This document shows, piece after piece, positions 51,431-63,394 of a stretch of DNA of 64,000 bases; the first letter of the stretch is position 1; every line of letters starts with the position of its first letter. The DNA comes from Amphiscolops sp. MND2022 (lineage: Eukaryota): the NCBI GenBank assembly GCA_964187785.1, contig OZ076417.1, forward strand, positions 52,452,001-52,516,000. Reading direction: 5' to 3'. The notes under the pieces are model-generated. The model made no database searches, was not told the DNA's origin, and saw nothing but the letters and a program-made list of their open reading frames with translations. A program made the position numbers and the translations under genes.

Positions 51431-51997
51431 TTAGTAGATGTTGGCAGATTTTCGCAGTATTCCAGTGATGAAATTTCGTTCCAACACAGGCCAGGGTTGA
51501 AGTTTCCCAATTTCGCTTGTGATTGCAGGTGTTTTCGGTTCCAGTTTTGATATAAGCTTTTTCTTGACGTCAACAATGAGTATGTTCAGAGTTCTAAGTT
51601 TGCCAAATATGTTTGGAGTCCCAAATCGTTGACAGTAAATGATAGCAGCAAACTTCTGCGAATGTTTTCTAAGGATTTCCAACAACTGTTCAACTGAAAG
51701 TGGTTGGTTTCCGTTTGATTTGTGAAGGGTAATGCTATTGTTGATCACGTCGTGCCAGCAGACTATGTCAACCCGATTTTTCAGGAAGCCTTTTTCAAGT
51801 AAAAGACTAAGGTCTTTGAGTCTATTTCTTGTTCGTGGGTTGAGGGACAATCCGGGGATAGCTGTAGACTTATTGTAAACAGGGGAACGTACAGAATAAG
51901 GGGAAAAGTTAAAGGCTTGATAGAGTGAACTCGCTCCTATTAGGTAAACCATAGGAAAAAGGAACGAACTAACGATTTGACTATTGTAGGGAAGCAA
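51431..51997 (-). CDS. SGNH/GDSL esterase-like ORF, 188 aa
   Basis: Block-like motifs YLIGASSL, IPGLSL and WHDVINNSI. A basic tail KRSKTRKRESKKKKK follows the stop in the same frame. Confidence 0.55.
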   Translation of the reverse strand: MLPYNSQIVSSFLFPMVYLIGASSLYQAFNFSPYSVRSPVYNKSTAIPGLSLNPRTRNRLKDLSLLLEKGFLKNRVDIVCWHDVINNSITLHKSNGNQPLSVEQLLEILRKHSQKFAAIIYCQRFGTPNIFGKLRTLNILIVDVKKKLISKLEPKTPAITSEIGKLQPWPVLERNFITGILRKSANIY

Positions 51998-52607
51998 TGA
52001 TGAGCCGAACCAACAGGCTTCCAGAGTCCAGATTTACCAGTCAGGGTCCGCCAGAACAATAACTTCTTTGAAACTCTTTATTGAGTTTATCACAACAATT
52101 AGGCTTAGAAGATACTTAGAAGATGATAAACAATGGATGTTTCCAAGACAACAAAGAGAAATAGGAGTTTTTTCAACTTTCAACCATGAAAACAAAAATT
52201 GAATCCAAAAGAGTTGAACGTTTGCCCAATCCTGCTGTCAATTTCAACACATAAAATGAATTAAAATCCAAATTTTCTTGAGGATTTTTTGGGAAATGTT
52301 TTCAAAAATAAACGTATCACAGAGTTGCAACTTTCCAACCTGGAATTCAAAGTTGACAGCATTTTTGTCACAGTTTCTGTTTATCAAACCTTCTTCAACT
52401 CCGCTCACTTTCTAAAAGTTCGCACCCTCAAACCGTCTCCAAAATTTGAAAACTTAGGACTTTTATACAACAAAATGTATAAAAGCGTTCGATAGAGGAC
52501 AGAAAAGAGTCTAGCGACTCGACAAGTTGCTCAACTCAAAAACGTCTAAAGTGACATCTTAAGGTACCTCTCCTACTCTGAAAAGATATTTTTGTTGGCT
52601 GGATTAA

Positions 52608-53118
52608 GGACAAAACGAAATGTCTAAAGTCGGCGCTATATCTAAGGCTCAAAAAGCGCAAAACATTTTTCTTGAAAAAAAAACTTGAATTGTTCGAAAA
52701 AATTTTCCTTTCGGAAAATGTCGCATAGTGCCGGAAAATGTAAAAGGAGGGACCCTTTGGGGCTCATTAACATACATTCAGTTGCAAAATATGAAAAAAC
52801 TCGAAGAGCGACCCTTTTGCGACATTAAAATTATTTCGAAAAAAAGTCGCACAGTGCCGAAAAAAATCAAAAGGGGGCCCTGTAGTCTCGTTCGGTTTAG
52901 TAGGTTACCTCAAAAAAGTTGAAAATGAAAAGTGGGACCCTTTGCACTAAGTTTGCACTGGCCGGATTTGGCCCTAGGGAGTTTCAGTAGTATCTCTAAA
53001 AAGTTGAGCGATCAGCGTGAGGTCTGTGGTCTGAAGAAAAAATAAAAAAGGGGTCACTGTTTTGGTCGGGCATTTTTCCTTAAAAGGAAAACGCGCCAAC
53101 TAAATAACAAAGACTAGC
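52608..53118 (-). mobile_element. Helentron/HINE-like dispersed repeat (reverse copy of 19050-19432)
   Basis: AAGTCGGCGCTATATCTAAGGCTCAAAAAGCGCAAAACATTTTT end plus degenerate GGGACCCTTT boxes. Confidence 0.65.
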
Positions 53119-54537
53119 CAGAGTCCTCTAAAATGTCACAGCTCGATACAATCCCAAAACAAACTACACAGTCATCATTCACTAAAAACACTTCTTACCT
53201 TGCCCTACGTCTGCTAAATGAGACACTTGTGACAAGATTTTTGATCGAAATTCGATCTTCCCTTAGTGTAAAAAATAATTTTGGACAAAATTTCCCCGGA
53301 AACAGCTGGCTGTTCCGATAATGAATTCCTGTTTCTCGGCATTCTCGTAAAATTGACAAGAAAAGAACTTGTAAAACGCCTGGAAAAAACTTTCAAGTCA
53401 AATGATTCAACTCTTACAAGTTTACGAGAAATTTACGAATTTGCATGAGAAAGAAAAATCCGATCTTATCTGATGATGAAATTTCCTCTCAAGCAGATGT
53501 TTTGAACGTAAATCAAAATAGCGTTTTTCAATAAGGGCAATAACCTTGTTCTTGCCAACTTTGCATCTTTGCTGCTGTTTGCTAACAAATGCCGACAAAA
53601 GCTAACAAATATGATTAAAAACAAGCAAAAGCCGTCGTCAAAGAAAAATTAACGCTATGTTGCTCACTCATTAAGTTCAAACAATTGGCAAATATCCATC
53701 TTTTTTCTTTCTTCTCTGAACAGAAATCCAGCCCCACGTTCCACTTTCTAGTGAACTTTCCTGTTCGCTGTGATCGTACTAACAACTTTGGCCCCACTTA
53801 ATACAAAACATTTTGAAACTCTTGATAAGAATCTTGCAGTTTTGTAAAATCCTCGGCGAGAATCTTGGCAAGATTGTTATCAAGAGCCCCTAGATTAAGT
53901 ACAATCTTGCAAGATCCTGCAAAAAGTTTCAAGGGAAAAACCAACAAAAGTGAATGAAAACAAAGAAAAACTTACGCCACCTACTGTTTTATCAGCGTTC
54001 TTTTTATGTGGCAGTTGTTCAGATTACCAACAAAGCACTGACGTCCTGAATTTCAATACTTCCTGTCGTCATATAACCAACACTTCATAAAGACTGTGAG
54101 GCTGGTAGTACCAACAATAGCGAACAAGTTGTGAACGACATTGTCTCTTGTTTTGCAAGTTATTTATATTCTTGATAAGACTCTTACCAAGATTCCAATA
54201 AAGTAATGCAAGAGGTTCGTGTAAAGCAAGAATGAACAAGATCGGGAATTCGTAAGAATATGCAAGATCTTGGCAAAAGTTTCAGCACATTTTACAAGGG
54301 TTACGACACATCCAACGTGGATAACAGTTGACAGTTAGTTCACTCACTTCTTGGACTACTTGCATCAGTTGCATGTTTTCTATTTGAAAGTTTCATCTAG
54401 AAGACTGATTATATGCCCATTTTACACACTTCATTAAAGATGGTGCCCATGAGATCATCTTTAGGTCATTCATTTTCGATGATACACTTTTTGAAACCTT
54501 TTCATTCACGTATTTCACGAAGTCATTGACATCATCA

Positions 54538-55236
54538 TCATGTTGTATCACGCTGAAATAAATTGCAGCAAACGAAATTCACAATTGGGTAGAGAACTCC
54601 TGGCGGAGGAATTGTATTGTCTCGTTCCGGGGTGATTTGGTTTGCCGTATTGTGATAATCCTCCACTTCCTCTGCGTCGGACTCTTCGTCCAAATGTATA
54701 GTTACATCTACATCAGATTCGCATCTGAACAATGGTTTAGCAGGATGTTTCAGGTCTCCCATTTTAGAAGCTTGTAGAGGATAATCGTCGTTTCTTGAGT
54801 CTGAGTTATACATGTGAGATGCGTGTACTCCAATAGACCTATTAGTTTTGGATGCCGAAGGCTGTATGTTTTGTATATCATCCATTTCAGATCTTGGGTT
54901 TGTTACTGTTGATACACTTTTATTAGATTTCATCTCCTTCAGGATTGCATCTAGTTTGTTCTCCATTTCTTCTCTCATTTTTGTTATTCTATCATTGTTC
55001 TTTTGTTCAAAATTCTCAGTCCACGCTTGTATTTCTTTGCTTAATTGGCTAGGTTCAATTAATTGGTTCCTAAGTTCATCATTGTCAAGGTTTCCATGGG
55101 TATTAGATTCGGCATTTGTCAAAGTAATATTACCTTGGGTTGATGTTTCTACCTGTGTTTCATTGAGTTCTCTTTCTGGAGACGGGGTCTCCAATCTCCT
55201 GGACCTTCTACTTCTTTTGTTCCCCATCTTTCTCAA
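54538..55236 (-). CDS. LTR-encoded ORF (MGNKRSRRSRRL...EDYH), probable gag leader; codons beyond 54651 are flanking DNA
   Basis: Open 232-aa frame with a coiled-coil-like segment. Its C-terminal part is homologous to 44621-44815 (SIGVRAS...LKHPAK...). It reaches the LTR edge at EDYH. Confidence 0.7.
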   Translation of the reverse strand: MRKMGNKRSRRSRRLETPSPERELNETQVETSTQGNITLTNAESNTHGNLDNDELRNQLIEPSQLSKEIQAWTENFEQKNNDRITKMREEMENKLDAILKEMKSNKSVSTVTNPRSEMDDIQNIQPSASKTNRSIGVHASHMYNSDSRNDDYPLQASKMGDLKHPAKPLFRCESDVDVTIHLDEESDAEEVEDYHNTANQITPERDNTIPPPGVLYPIVNFVCCNLFQRDTT

Positions 55237-56307
55237 AGGAAAACGATATTTTGGCTGTTGGGGAAGAATTTGAATTTATTCAAAAGAATTATCTAAAGAC
55301 AATTCGGGAGATAAAACAATGTTAGTCAAAAAGACTGCTTTCAAAAAACCAGGTTGAAAAGTGAGCAACTGCTTGATGGGAGAGATAAAATTCGAATGAA
55401 TGGTCCCTTCAGTTTTCCAAAAAATACAAAAAAGATGACAATCACATTTACAGGTATCATTATTTAAAGAGCTAAAAACAGTATAACGTCAAAATCACAT
55501 CATTCTGTTTATATCATTTAAATCACACTACAATGACACCCTAAATATTATCAAGGGACCGTGAAAATCCTAGGAAAACAAGGCTAGACGCTGTATAATA
55601 CGTTTCAAGTATCAATATTTAAAATAAACGCTACATGACTTCAAAATGATGAGAGTACAGCTAAAAATGCATAATGACGTATATGCGGTATTCCCTGTAC
55701 CGCAGGATAGCGTATACAACATGTAAGCATCAACATTCAATAACGCACAATAGCACATACACTCCATAATCCATATTCGTTCATACTTTCCCTGCGAAAA
55801 CCGCTTGTTGACGTACATACGATAACATAAGAACTGCTCAACAGTGTATAATTGCATTGTAAAAACGCATATTGCCGCATATGCAGTTTATCCAAAAACG
55901 TATATTGTCTTGTAGTTAAAAACGTACAATGCCGCATAAGCGTGAGTCAAGTTTACGTATGATGACGCATATAAAATATTCTATAAATGACTTTTGACGC
56001 TTATACGTCACAACATTTACGGCATATTGACGCATAATAAGCACGGAATTCATAGCATAGAGAGTTTTACACTAATATTTGTAATGAACCATGTATTTTA
56101 GCGCCTTCTTACATGAATTGTCTTTCAATAACAGCTCAGGAAAATCTCACAATGATCCAAATATACAAAATATACCTAGAATTTACATGACTTGATAAAA
56201 ATGAAGAGAAAAGAAACAAAAATATCAGTATTTAGAATGTTTGTCGAAGTCGTTGGTTATCTTTTACTGATGCACTCCGGACCCATCGCATCTTTGGGGC
56301 TGCGACA
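54651..56307 (-). repeat. 3' LTR (about 1.66 kb)
   Basis: Ends GAGGATTATCACA like the 41758 and 44611 LTRs. Starts TGTCGCAGCCCC (cf. TGTCACAACCCC). GACGTATA-rich middle. Confidence 0.8.
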
Positions 56308-56845
56308 GTCCTGCGTTTTCAAAGATAAACAACGCAGCTTCAAAACCGTCGATGAAAGCTCTCGACCTCACTCCACGATCTCTGACTTCCCCATCATAGG
56401 CAGTTGCTCCAAGATAGTCCCCGAGGGTCTCTAACGCAATTTGATCGAAAGTGCGACCACACCACTGACAGTATCCGGAAACGTTGGGCATGACCGTGGG
56501 AAACAGCCGGAAGATTTGTCCTTCGTTGGCTACCATCGCAGGAACGTTGGGGCAATGTAGGATGTTGAATGGGAATCCAAATTGGGTAACTTGTTGAGAT
56601 GGGCCAATAAAATTGGCAGAAACATCCACCATAGATCCAGGGGGCAAATGTATTACCATGGGTGTGATGTCCCCTACAGCTGGGTATTGCGGTTCTGTTG
56701 ACACGAATGCATTTTGTGAATGTGTACCATCTGCTTCGTACGCTGAAGGGTTTGTAATTCCTTGGTCATTCGTTGTATTGATTTGCTGAAAATCGGAAGA
56801 TTCTTGTGAGAAGTTCAGTGGGTATGTTGGTATCGGTCTGATCAT
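56264..56845 (-). CDS. Accessory ORF B (193 aa, CQWC motif) overlapping the PPT position and running into the 3' LTR
   Basis: Intact ATG ORF. Its tail FIDGFEAA..AGLSQP is echoed at 43205-43260 (FVDGFEAS..AGLSQP) in the related element. Confidence 0.65.
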   Translation of the reverse strand: MIRPIPTYPLNFSQESSDFQQINTTNDQGITNPSAYEADGTHSQNAFVSTEPQYPAVGDITPMVIHLPPGSMVDVSANFIGPSQQVTQFGFPFNILHCPNVPAMVANEGQIFRLFPTVMPNVSGYCQWCGRTFDQIALETLGDYLGATAYDGEVRDRGVRSRAFIDGFEAALFIFENAGLSQPQRCDGSGVHQ

Positions 56846-57309
56846 CTCATTTGATTGTTGTCTGGGAATCCGAGGCGCGGCAAAATAGCAGCGACGGGTC
56901 GCCCGTAATTGTTTAACTGTCTTTCTGGTGCTCCGGTGGAGTCTCTCGGCGACATGTCCACTTCTTCAAATTCTGAGTCTATGAAAGACAAGGAGGAAGT
57001 AGAAGGCGAAAGTGGACTTTCTTCAATCAACTCCATGATCTCCCTTTCGATAGTGGTGCCAGCGATATCAATGGTCCCTTCTCGATCGACTGAGTTCGAA
57101 GGAGGGAACAAAGCGGCTGTCGCTGATCCCACAAAAGCGGCCATGATATTAGATCCCATAGTGTTGATTCTAAATCTTTCATTTAGTTGTGCGATATTGC
57201 CAGGTTCCACGACAAATTCTTCTCCGGACTCGCTTGATATATCAATCACATCAGGGGAAATGGGCGAAAACCCCAGATCTTCAGTGATGTTAGATTGTGT
57301 TGGATTCAA
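56842..57309 (-). CDS. Accessory ORF A (155 aa, acidic/Ser-rich), stop overlapping the ORF B start (ATGA)
   Basis: Intact ATG ORF with a 4-nt overlap at 56842-56845. Confidence 0.55.
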   Translation of the reverse strand: MNPTQSNITEDLGFSPISPDVIDISSESGEEFVVEPGNIAQLNERFRINTMGSNIMAAFVGSATAALFPPSNSVDREGTIDIAGTTIEREIMELIEESPLSPSTSSLSFIDSEFEEVDMSPRDSTGAPERQLNNYGRPVAAILPRLGFPDNNQMR

Positions 57310-57939
57310 TATTTTGAAGATGTATTTATGAATTAAGGATCAGCAAATGGCAAAGTTTTGAAATTAGAGACAACTGAACTTTAAGTTATTGTAGACCATA
57401 TGATGATATCTTTTTCAGTTCTCCCTTTTCTTCGACAAAAACCCGCGAAAAAGTTGAGTGTCATGATTCTCAGGGTTTCACTGCTTCCTTATTTGGTCTC
57501 TACCCTGACGCTAGGATTTGGATTCAAGAAAATTGTCGTAATTCCTTGTAACTCAACGTAAATAAATTCCATTTAAGGCTATTCTCAGGATGATGTCTTC
57601 TTCACCTCAACCCTTTGGCGGTGTTTCATTTAGTTTAATAGCTAACAAACAAAATTATGATCATCATCAAAGGATTACATGACTCTCCTTCCGTTATATG
57701 AAAATATAGTATAAAAGGAACATATAATCATCTTACATGACTAAAATTCAGTTTTCCCAACAAGATGTTCGAAACTAAAAATTCAAGCAACCATATTGAA
57801 ATAAACATCAGTTTATACGTTTTTGTTTGTAAGTTTTACTTTAAAAGCGCATTGTAATCAGTTGTCCATTGCCATTGAGTAACCAGTCACCTTTCGTTTC
57901 TTTCCAATACCCACTCTAACACCGTTGTGTGTGGCTATC

Positions 57940-58300
57940 GTGCATCGTATTACGTAACATAATTGTTCGGTCTGTTCTGTTGCCGTTCGTGTGGTTCAGA
58001 ATACCTCTTTATACTCCGCTATGGTAATTCCGCATATTACCGCGTAACCACTTTGTGAATCCGCATATTACAGTATAATCATCTGCAGTTGATCCGCATG
58101 TTGACGCATAATCTCATGTAGCTCTGTAAGTTGTATTGCACGTGGCTATGGTATTTCCGCATAATGCCGTATGCTCATCATTGCTTGGTATGGGCGTTGA
58201 CGCTCACTCACGTCCTGTAGTTCGTATACTGACGTATGTTCGTCACAGCTTAAATCGTATACTGCCGCGTGCTTGTATGTATTGAAGTTTATATATTACG
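57940..58300 (+). repeat. Degenerate CCGCATA/GACGTAT motif cluster
   Basis: Repeated ccgcatattac, gacgcata and gacgtatg motifs resembling the LTR arrays. Confidence 0.55.
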
Positions 58301-58718
58301 TCATCTAACCATCTCTGCTTTGCGCATAAGTAGGAAGTAATTTGTGGCTGTCAATTAATCAATCTATCACCCTGGCAGTGGTGAATGACATTTTAATTGA
58401 CCAATCAGCGTTCAGTTTGAACAAGCATATTCAATAAATACATGTTTCATTTGCTTCTTTGCCTCGTTTTGTTACGCCACGCCTTTGATTATTTCACCAG
58501 TTTCTGCAATCTGTTCAATTTTAAACTTTTTTAATCAGTCTTTTCGTCGTATATCATAGTTAGTTTCCAGTTGTTTAGTCTTTTCTCGTACTCCCCTCAA
58601 TCCAAGGATCCTAAATTTAATTTCAATTCTTCACTCATTTTAACTCCCGTATTCAATTGTTACCATTCTGAAGTATTTATTGTACTTTCAACACCCTTTA
58701 CACTCATTTGTTCGAGAG

Positions 58719-61700
58719 ATGGATTCTAATTCAAGGCGGAAATCCCGGAAGGATATGCTGTCTCGTAAACACTTCACTTCTTGGGGCTACAAATCTCCGA
58801 CTACCGTTACTCCTGGTAAGTTTGACTCATTTTTTTCTTTCGAGTGAATTTTGTTTCTGTCCAAATTTTTTCCGATCGGTAATTTTTAAAAGATGAAAAG
58901 CTGGCCAGGCTAACATCTATTTTGAAGCTAGAGTACTACAATAGCTAAATTTCTCTTCGTGGAAGCTTATCAACTTCCGGTTCGGATTTTGTGACTTCCG
59001 AATTAGCTGTATTTCCGCTTTCTTTTCCGGTAATGCTAAAACAGAGATCATTTGTTTTGAAACCAGTCCGATTTACTCAGACGGTGACGGTTTGATTGTT
59101 TTAGTCGAACTTGGAGCAACAGAGAGGTCTCCTGGAAGATCCCCTACCAAGATATATACCCCATTGGAAGTCATTTCCCCAGCTATCCAGACAAACAATC
59201 CTGGTCCTTCCACGTCTGTATTGCCCCATTCTACTGCAGAGAAAACTCTCGTCCCAAAAGTTCCCCCAGCAGAAGAAGGGGTGCCAGATTCTGTCGTGCG
59301 AGACGATGATTCGTCGGTAGTTGTGCTCCATCAAACTTGTGAAGGGATTGAGCATCACGTAGAACAGCCCCTCGGAGCAGAACAAAGCGAGAACACTCAA
59401 ACTCAAAGTTGTGACATTCCTCCTCCACCTGCAATGGATTTATTTCCTGGGGAAATATCCCAAGAATTGCTGGAAGGGATTATGGCAGCTGGAAGTTCCC
59501 ACATGATGTCTTCTCCTTTTAGTCGTTACATCCTTGATCGTTCTCACGAAGAAGAGATAACCTCCCCTCCTCACCATATTGCTGAACCGGAACCAATTGC
59601 TCAAGCTAATCTTACTAATACCCCGACTGAAAACCTTGTGATCGATGAAGGAGAGATGATGCCTCAAGTGAATCCAGGGAGAATCAGCATCACGAGAAAT
59701 GAGATACTTGCCTTGTCTAGGGTACTAGACCGATTACCTCCTGCTCTTCTGCATAGTGAGGAAGCCGAGTGGGACCGACCGATTTCATTAATGGTCACAA
59801 ACGAACCCGTGGGGAACCGAGGAGACACAACGAATGTCCCCAATCCCAATGCAGCAAACAGTTCCGAGCTGCCTATGGTGATTTACCCTCCAACAGCTGG
59901 ATCTTCTTTTGTGCGAGGGAAAAGGCAAAGACCTAAATACTCCCTGAAAACCCATATGTTCAGGAAACATCCTGTCTTAAACTTTTCGGCTACTGGGCCC
60001 CTTGACAAGGAGAAAACACCCTACAAATGGTGGTGTAGGGTCTGCAAAGTGGAGTTATCCCTTATGAGCAGAGGGGTTTTAGAATTAATGTCCCACTACC
60101 GTACTGAGGGCCACTTAATAAAGGAACACAGGATTCGCATGGAAATTCCTGGAATGCCACTCTTCGATCGGGAAGAGAAAGAACTGCAAGGAGTGCCTCT
60201 CAGCGAGGCTAAAAGAAAGGCGAAAGACACCTACCCGATTGCGCCCCAACTGGATCCTTGCCGGCCCTTGGTAAACCAAACCTCAGTACCTGATTTAGCC
60301 AGTCATACCAGCCCTTCCGAAGAAGTTCTGTCGCAAATTTGCATCCTTGAGTTCGGGTTGCGGTTTGGAGGCCACCTAAATAGTCTGACTGGAGTCCATG
60401 ATGAGTTGGTACGACACCTCCCGAGTGTTCAACAAGCTACATCACTCAACTGGAGCGAACATCGCTTTTTTGTAAGTAAATTCTCCTACTTTCCAATTTA
60501 AGTTAGCGTTCTCAACCAGGAAATTCTACCCATGATCAAATTGTCGTTTGAGTTTCTGAGTTTTATTTTGTTCCCAGGGAATCTTGGTGTACATGTTTCG
60601 AGAGCTGGTAAATTATTGCGTGACTGCAATTTCATCTTCTGGGGTCTATTCAATCATCTTCCAGCATGACCCAACTCACGTTCGTCTCTTTGTGTGCTTC
60701 TGGACAGTAAATGTACTCTACCGTGTCTGCATCGGTACTGGCCCCCGAGGGGTTTTGATTCCCCGACGCATTTTGGATTTAATTTCATCGTTTCTGAGCC
60801 TACTCGAGCAACCTCCTTCTTGCATCAGTGTCCTTCGGGGTGTAGACAAATAAGGCAATTGCTTGGCTTCGACACTGCCCGGGAACCGAAGACCGAAAGT
60901 TGTCAAAACATATGGACCTGCTGATTTTGAAAAGTCTCTTGAAAAGCCCACAACCCAAATTATCGAGAGGCACGACTTCCGGTCGATACTCGACTACCTC
61001 CTGATGAAGCTTCGTACAGCTCTCGATCGAGACTGGCTCCACTCATTGCCGACCTTACACAAAGTTGGTATTTTCCTGAGAGCATTTGTCTTGGTTAGTA
61101 TACTGAAAATAATACCAATTTTTCGTTTTTAGTGTGTCATCACACTCGACTACTCGCTCCATGAGGCGTCCATCATTATTGAACAGCTTTCTGCGAACTG
61201 GGACCATAAGTTGCAGCATCTCAATCAGGTTTCGCGACTGCCAATTTATCGCTTTCACATGAGAGAGGCCGGTTTTCTTTATCACGTATTACAAAAGTCC
61301 GAGTTTCAATTTATTTCATTCCCCACTGCTTTTAGCCAAACACCCTTGATGAATGTTTCAAGCTGGACACAGCCTACCTGGCCCGACTATTCATCATACG
61401 ATGTGTGATTGACCATTGTGAGTTGTCTTTATATATTTAGTCTTTTCGGGACAGTTTTGTTAACCTGACTAACTTTTTGCATATTATGTGTGTTAACTTC
61501 CCAACGTCCAATTTCTTTCCTAATTCCTAGTAGTTGCGTCTCATTTTCCACATTTTGTTGCTTTGACCGTTACTACTGCCCTGCTTTGTCCGGTGCGAAC
61601 AAAACACTGCAATTTTTGCTTTTCTAAGGCTAATTCCGCATATTTCAGTGTAATCATTCCAGAATAATCTGCATATATGTGCATCTTCCTTTTAGTTTAG

Positions 61701-63210
61701 CATTACAAGCTAGCTTCGCAAAGTTATTCGTATTCCGCATAATGGCGTATGGTCATTGTAACTCGTTCTGTGTAACGACGCCGTAATTTGCTCTCTGTCA
61801 TGCTGGAACCGCATAATGACGTATAGTTTTTATAGCTCGTTCCGTATAATGATGCATCCCATTGATGTCTTGTTCTTCGTTCTACTGTATCCGCATAATG
61901 ACGTATAGTCATCACACCTCATTCCGTTTAATGATGCATTACCATTGTGACTCGTCCTTCATACTGCTGTATCCGCATAATGACGTATAGTCATCACGCC
62001 TCATTCCGCATGATAGCGTAAAGACATTACAATTCATTCCAATCGTTGACGTCATAGCTTTTCTTGTAAGATGCGTATAATGACGTACACTCACCATCTT
62101 TCTTCCTGTACTTTGACGTATAGTATTTATACACGTGTTCGTATAAGCTTTGCAGCGAATTCCATATAATAACGATAATAACGTATACTCGGCATAGCTT
62201 AAAGTGTGTAATGGCGTATATTTGATAAAAATTTCCTTCTAATGACGTATATTCTTCGTAAATCAACATGGGGAATAGTGTATAGTATATCTTTTCGACG
62301 TTCTTCTTGTTGTATTTTTCGTATATCTGACTTCAGGGGAATGTTTAACTGGATTCCATGTTGTTTGTTTTAGATAATTCAGCTTTCTCCGAATTGGAAG
62401 GTCGAATGGATAGTGGATTTAGACTTTTCAACAAGTTTGCTGTGTTTCTGTATTGCCAACTGCAGAATTTTCTACCCTATCAAACTTTGGGAAGCATTTC
62501 TGATTGGGACAATTATTTGTGTCTTGATTTGGATCGAACCGACCTTCCCTTCAAAACTGCTTCGGAATTCGTTTTGAATGTTGACTATCATAATTTAGTG
62601 ATCGCTAGCAAATTGCCCCGGCCGGGCAAATTCATTGATCAATCGATTGCATTTTGCAAATCTTTTTGCAAAATTCTGCTGAAACATGAGCTTGTCAATT
62701 CAAATCTGATTAGAGGATTGTCGTCATTCGATTTTGCTGTTATGGTAGAAGGACCAGAGAGGCACTACGTTAGTGCAGTGGAAAAGCTCACAACCTACTT
62801 CGTTAATTCAGGATGACTTTCTCCTAGCGATAAGTCAAGTTTCCAGTTTGTACAGAAATCAGCGTTCAATTGGGCGAGCATTTCGCTTGTTGGGCAGAGG
62901 TCAGGACTTGTTGATTGACAAAAAATTTTCAATTTGGAATTTCCTCAAGGGTAGTGGCCCGCGAAGAACTGCTCTACGGGGCAAACTTGAAGCTGCCTAG
63001 AAGAGATCTGTCCTACAAGCTGAGAAAGTTGTTGTAGAGTCTGGTGGGACCACTCCTAGTTTCAGTAGATCGACCAGTAATGCCAGTACTCCTTCTCCTG
63101 GGCCCTCCCTTGGGCGACTTAGCGTGTCCGTTGCCCGATGCTCTGAAGACGATTCTAGTGAGTCTGTTGCAGCCACCAAGCCAAAGTCTTCTAAGTCGAA
63201 GAAAAGCTAA
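58719..63210 (+). pseudogene. Antisense five-exon gene (about 1000 aa) with a Cx2Cx16Hx5H zinc finger; a few nonsense and frameshift lesions
   Basis: Exon 1 58719-58815 (MDSNSRRKSRK...), G|GTAAGT. Exon 2 59081-60471 (TACTCAG acceptor, phase 1 restores frame). Exon 3 60578-61063, exon 4 61133 to about 61402, exon 5 62337-63210. Introns 1-3 are GT-AG and phase-consistent. Zinc finger CRVC...HYRTEGH at 60034-60114. Stops at 60851, 62346, 62814 and 62998. Confidence 0.8.
61730..62010 (+). repeat. CCGCATAATGACGTATAGTC array within intron 4 of the antisense gene
   Basis: Units such as ATCCGCATAATGACGTATAGTCATCACACCTCATTCCG nearly match LTR unit A. Confidence 0.8.
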
Positions 63211-63394
63211 CGTTGGAATTCAACTTATTGTAGATTGAACTTTAATTATTTGTATCACATTTTGTATTTATTTGTGATTTAGTAAGTCGTTCCATTATTT
63301 ACTTGTCAGGAGCGTACTTGCTTATTGAAAAGAAAAAAACAAGGACTCCCGAATTGAAGAAGGGTACTGAAAAAGTGTTATTTGTTTGTATTTT

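Larger units (their letters stand above)
49150..52000 (-). mobile_element. 3'-truncated non-LTR retrotransposon (LINE): SGNH-like ORF, ORF1 (PHD, RRM, CCHC knuckles) and the APE start of ORF2
   Basis: See component features. RT is absent; the sequence stops just after the endonuclease domain. Confidence 0.85.

Noticed and set aside
53800-54300. CTTGCAAGA-rich stretch as a distinct element
   Set aside because: Degenerate motif cluster with no definable termini or TSD in this window.
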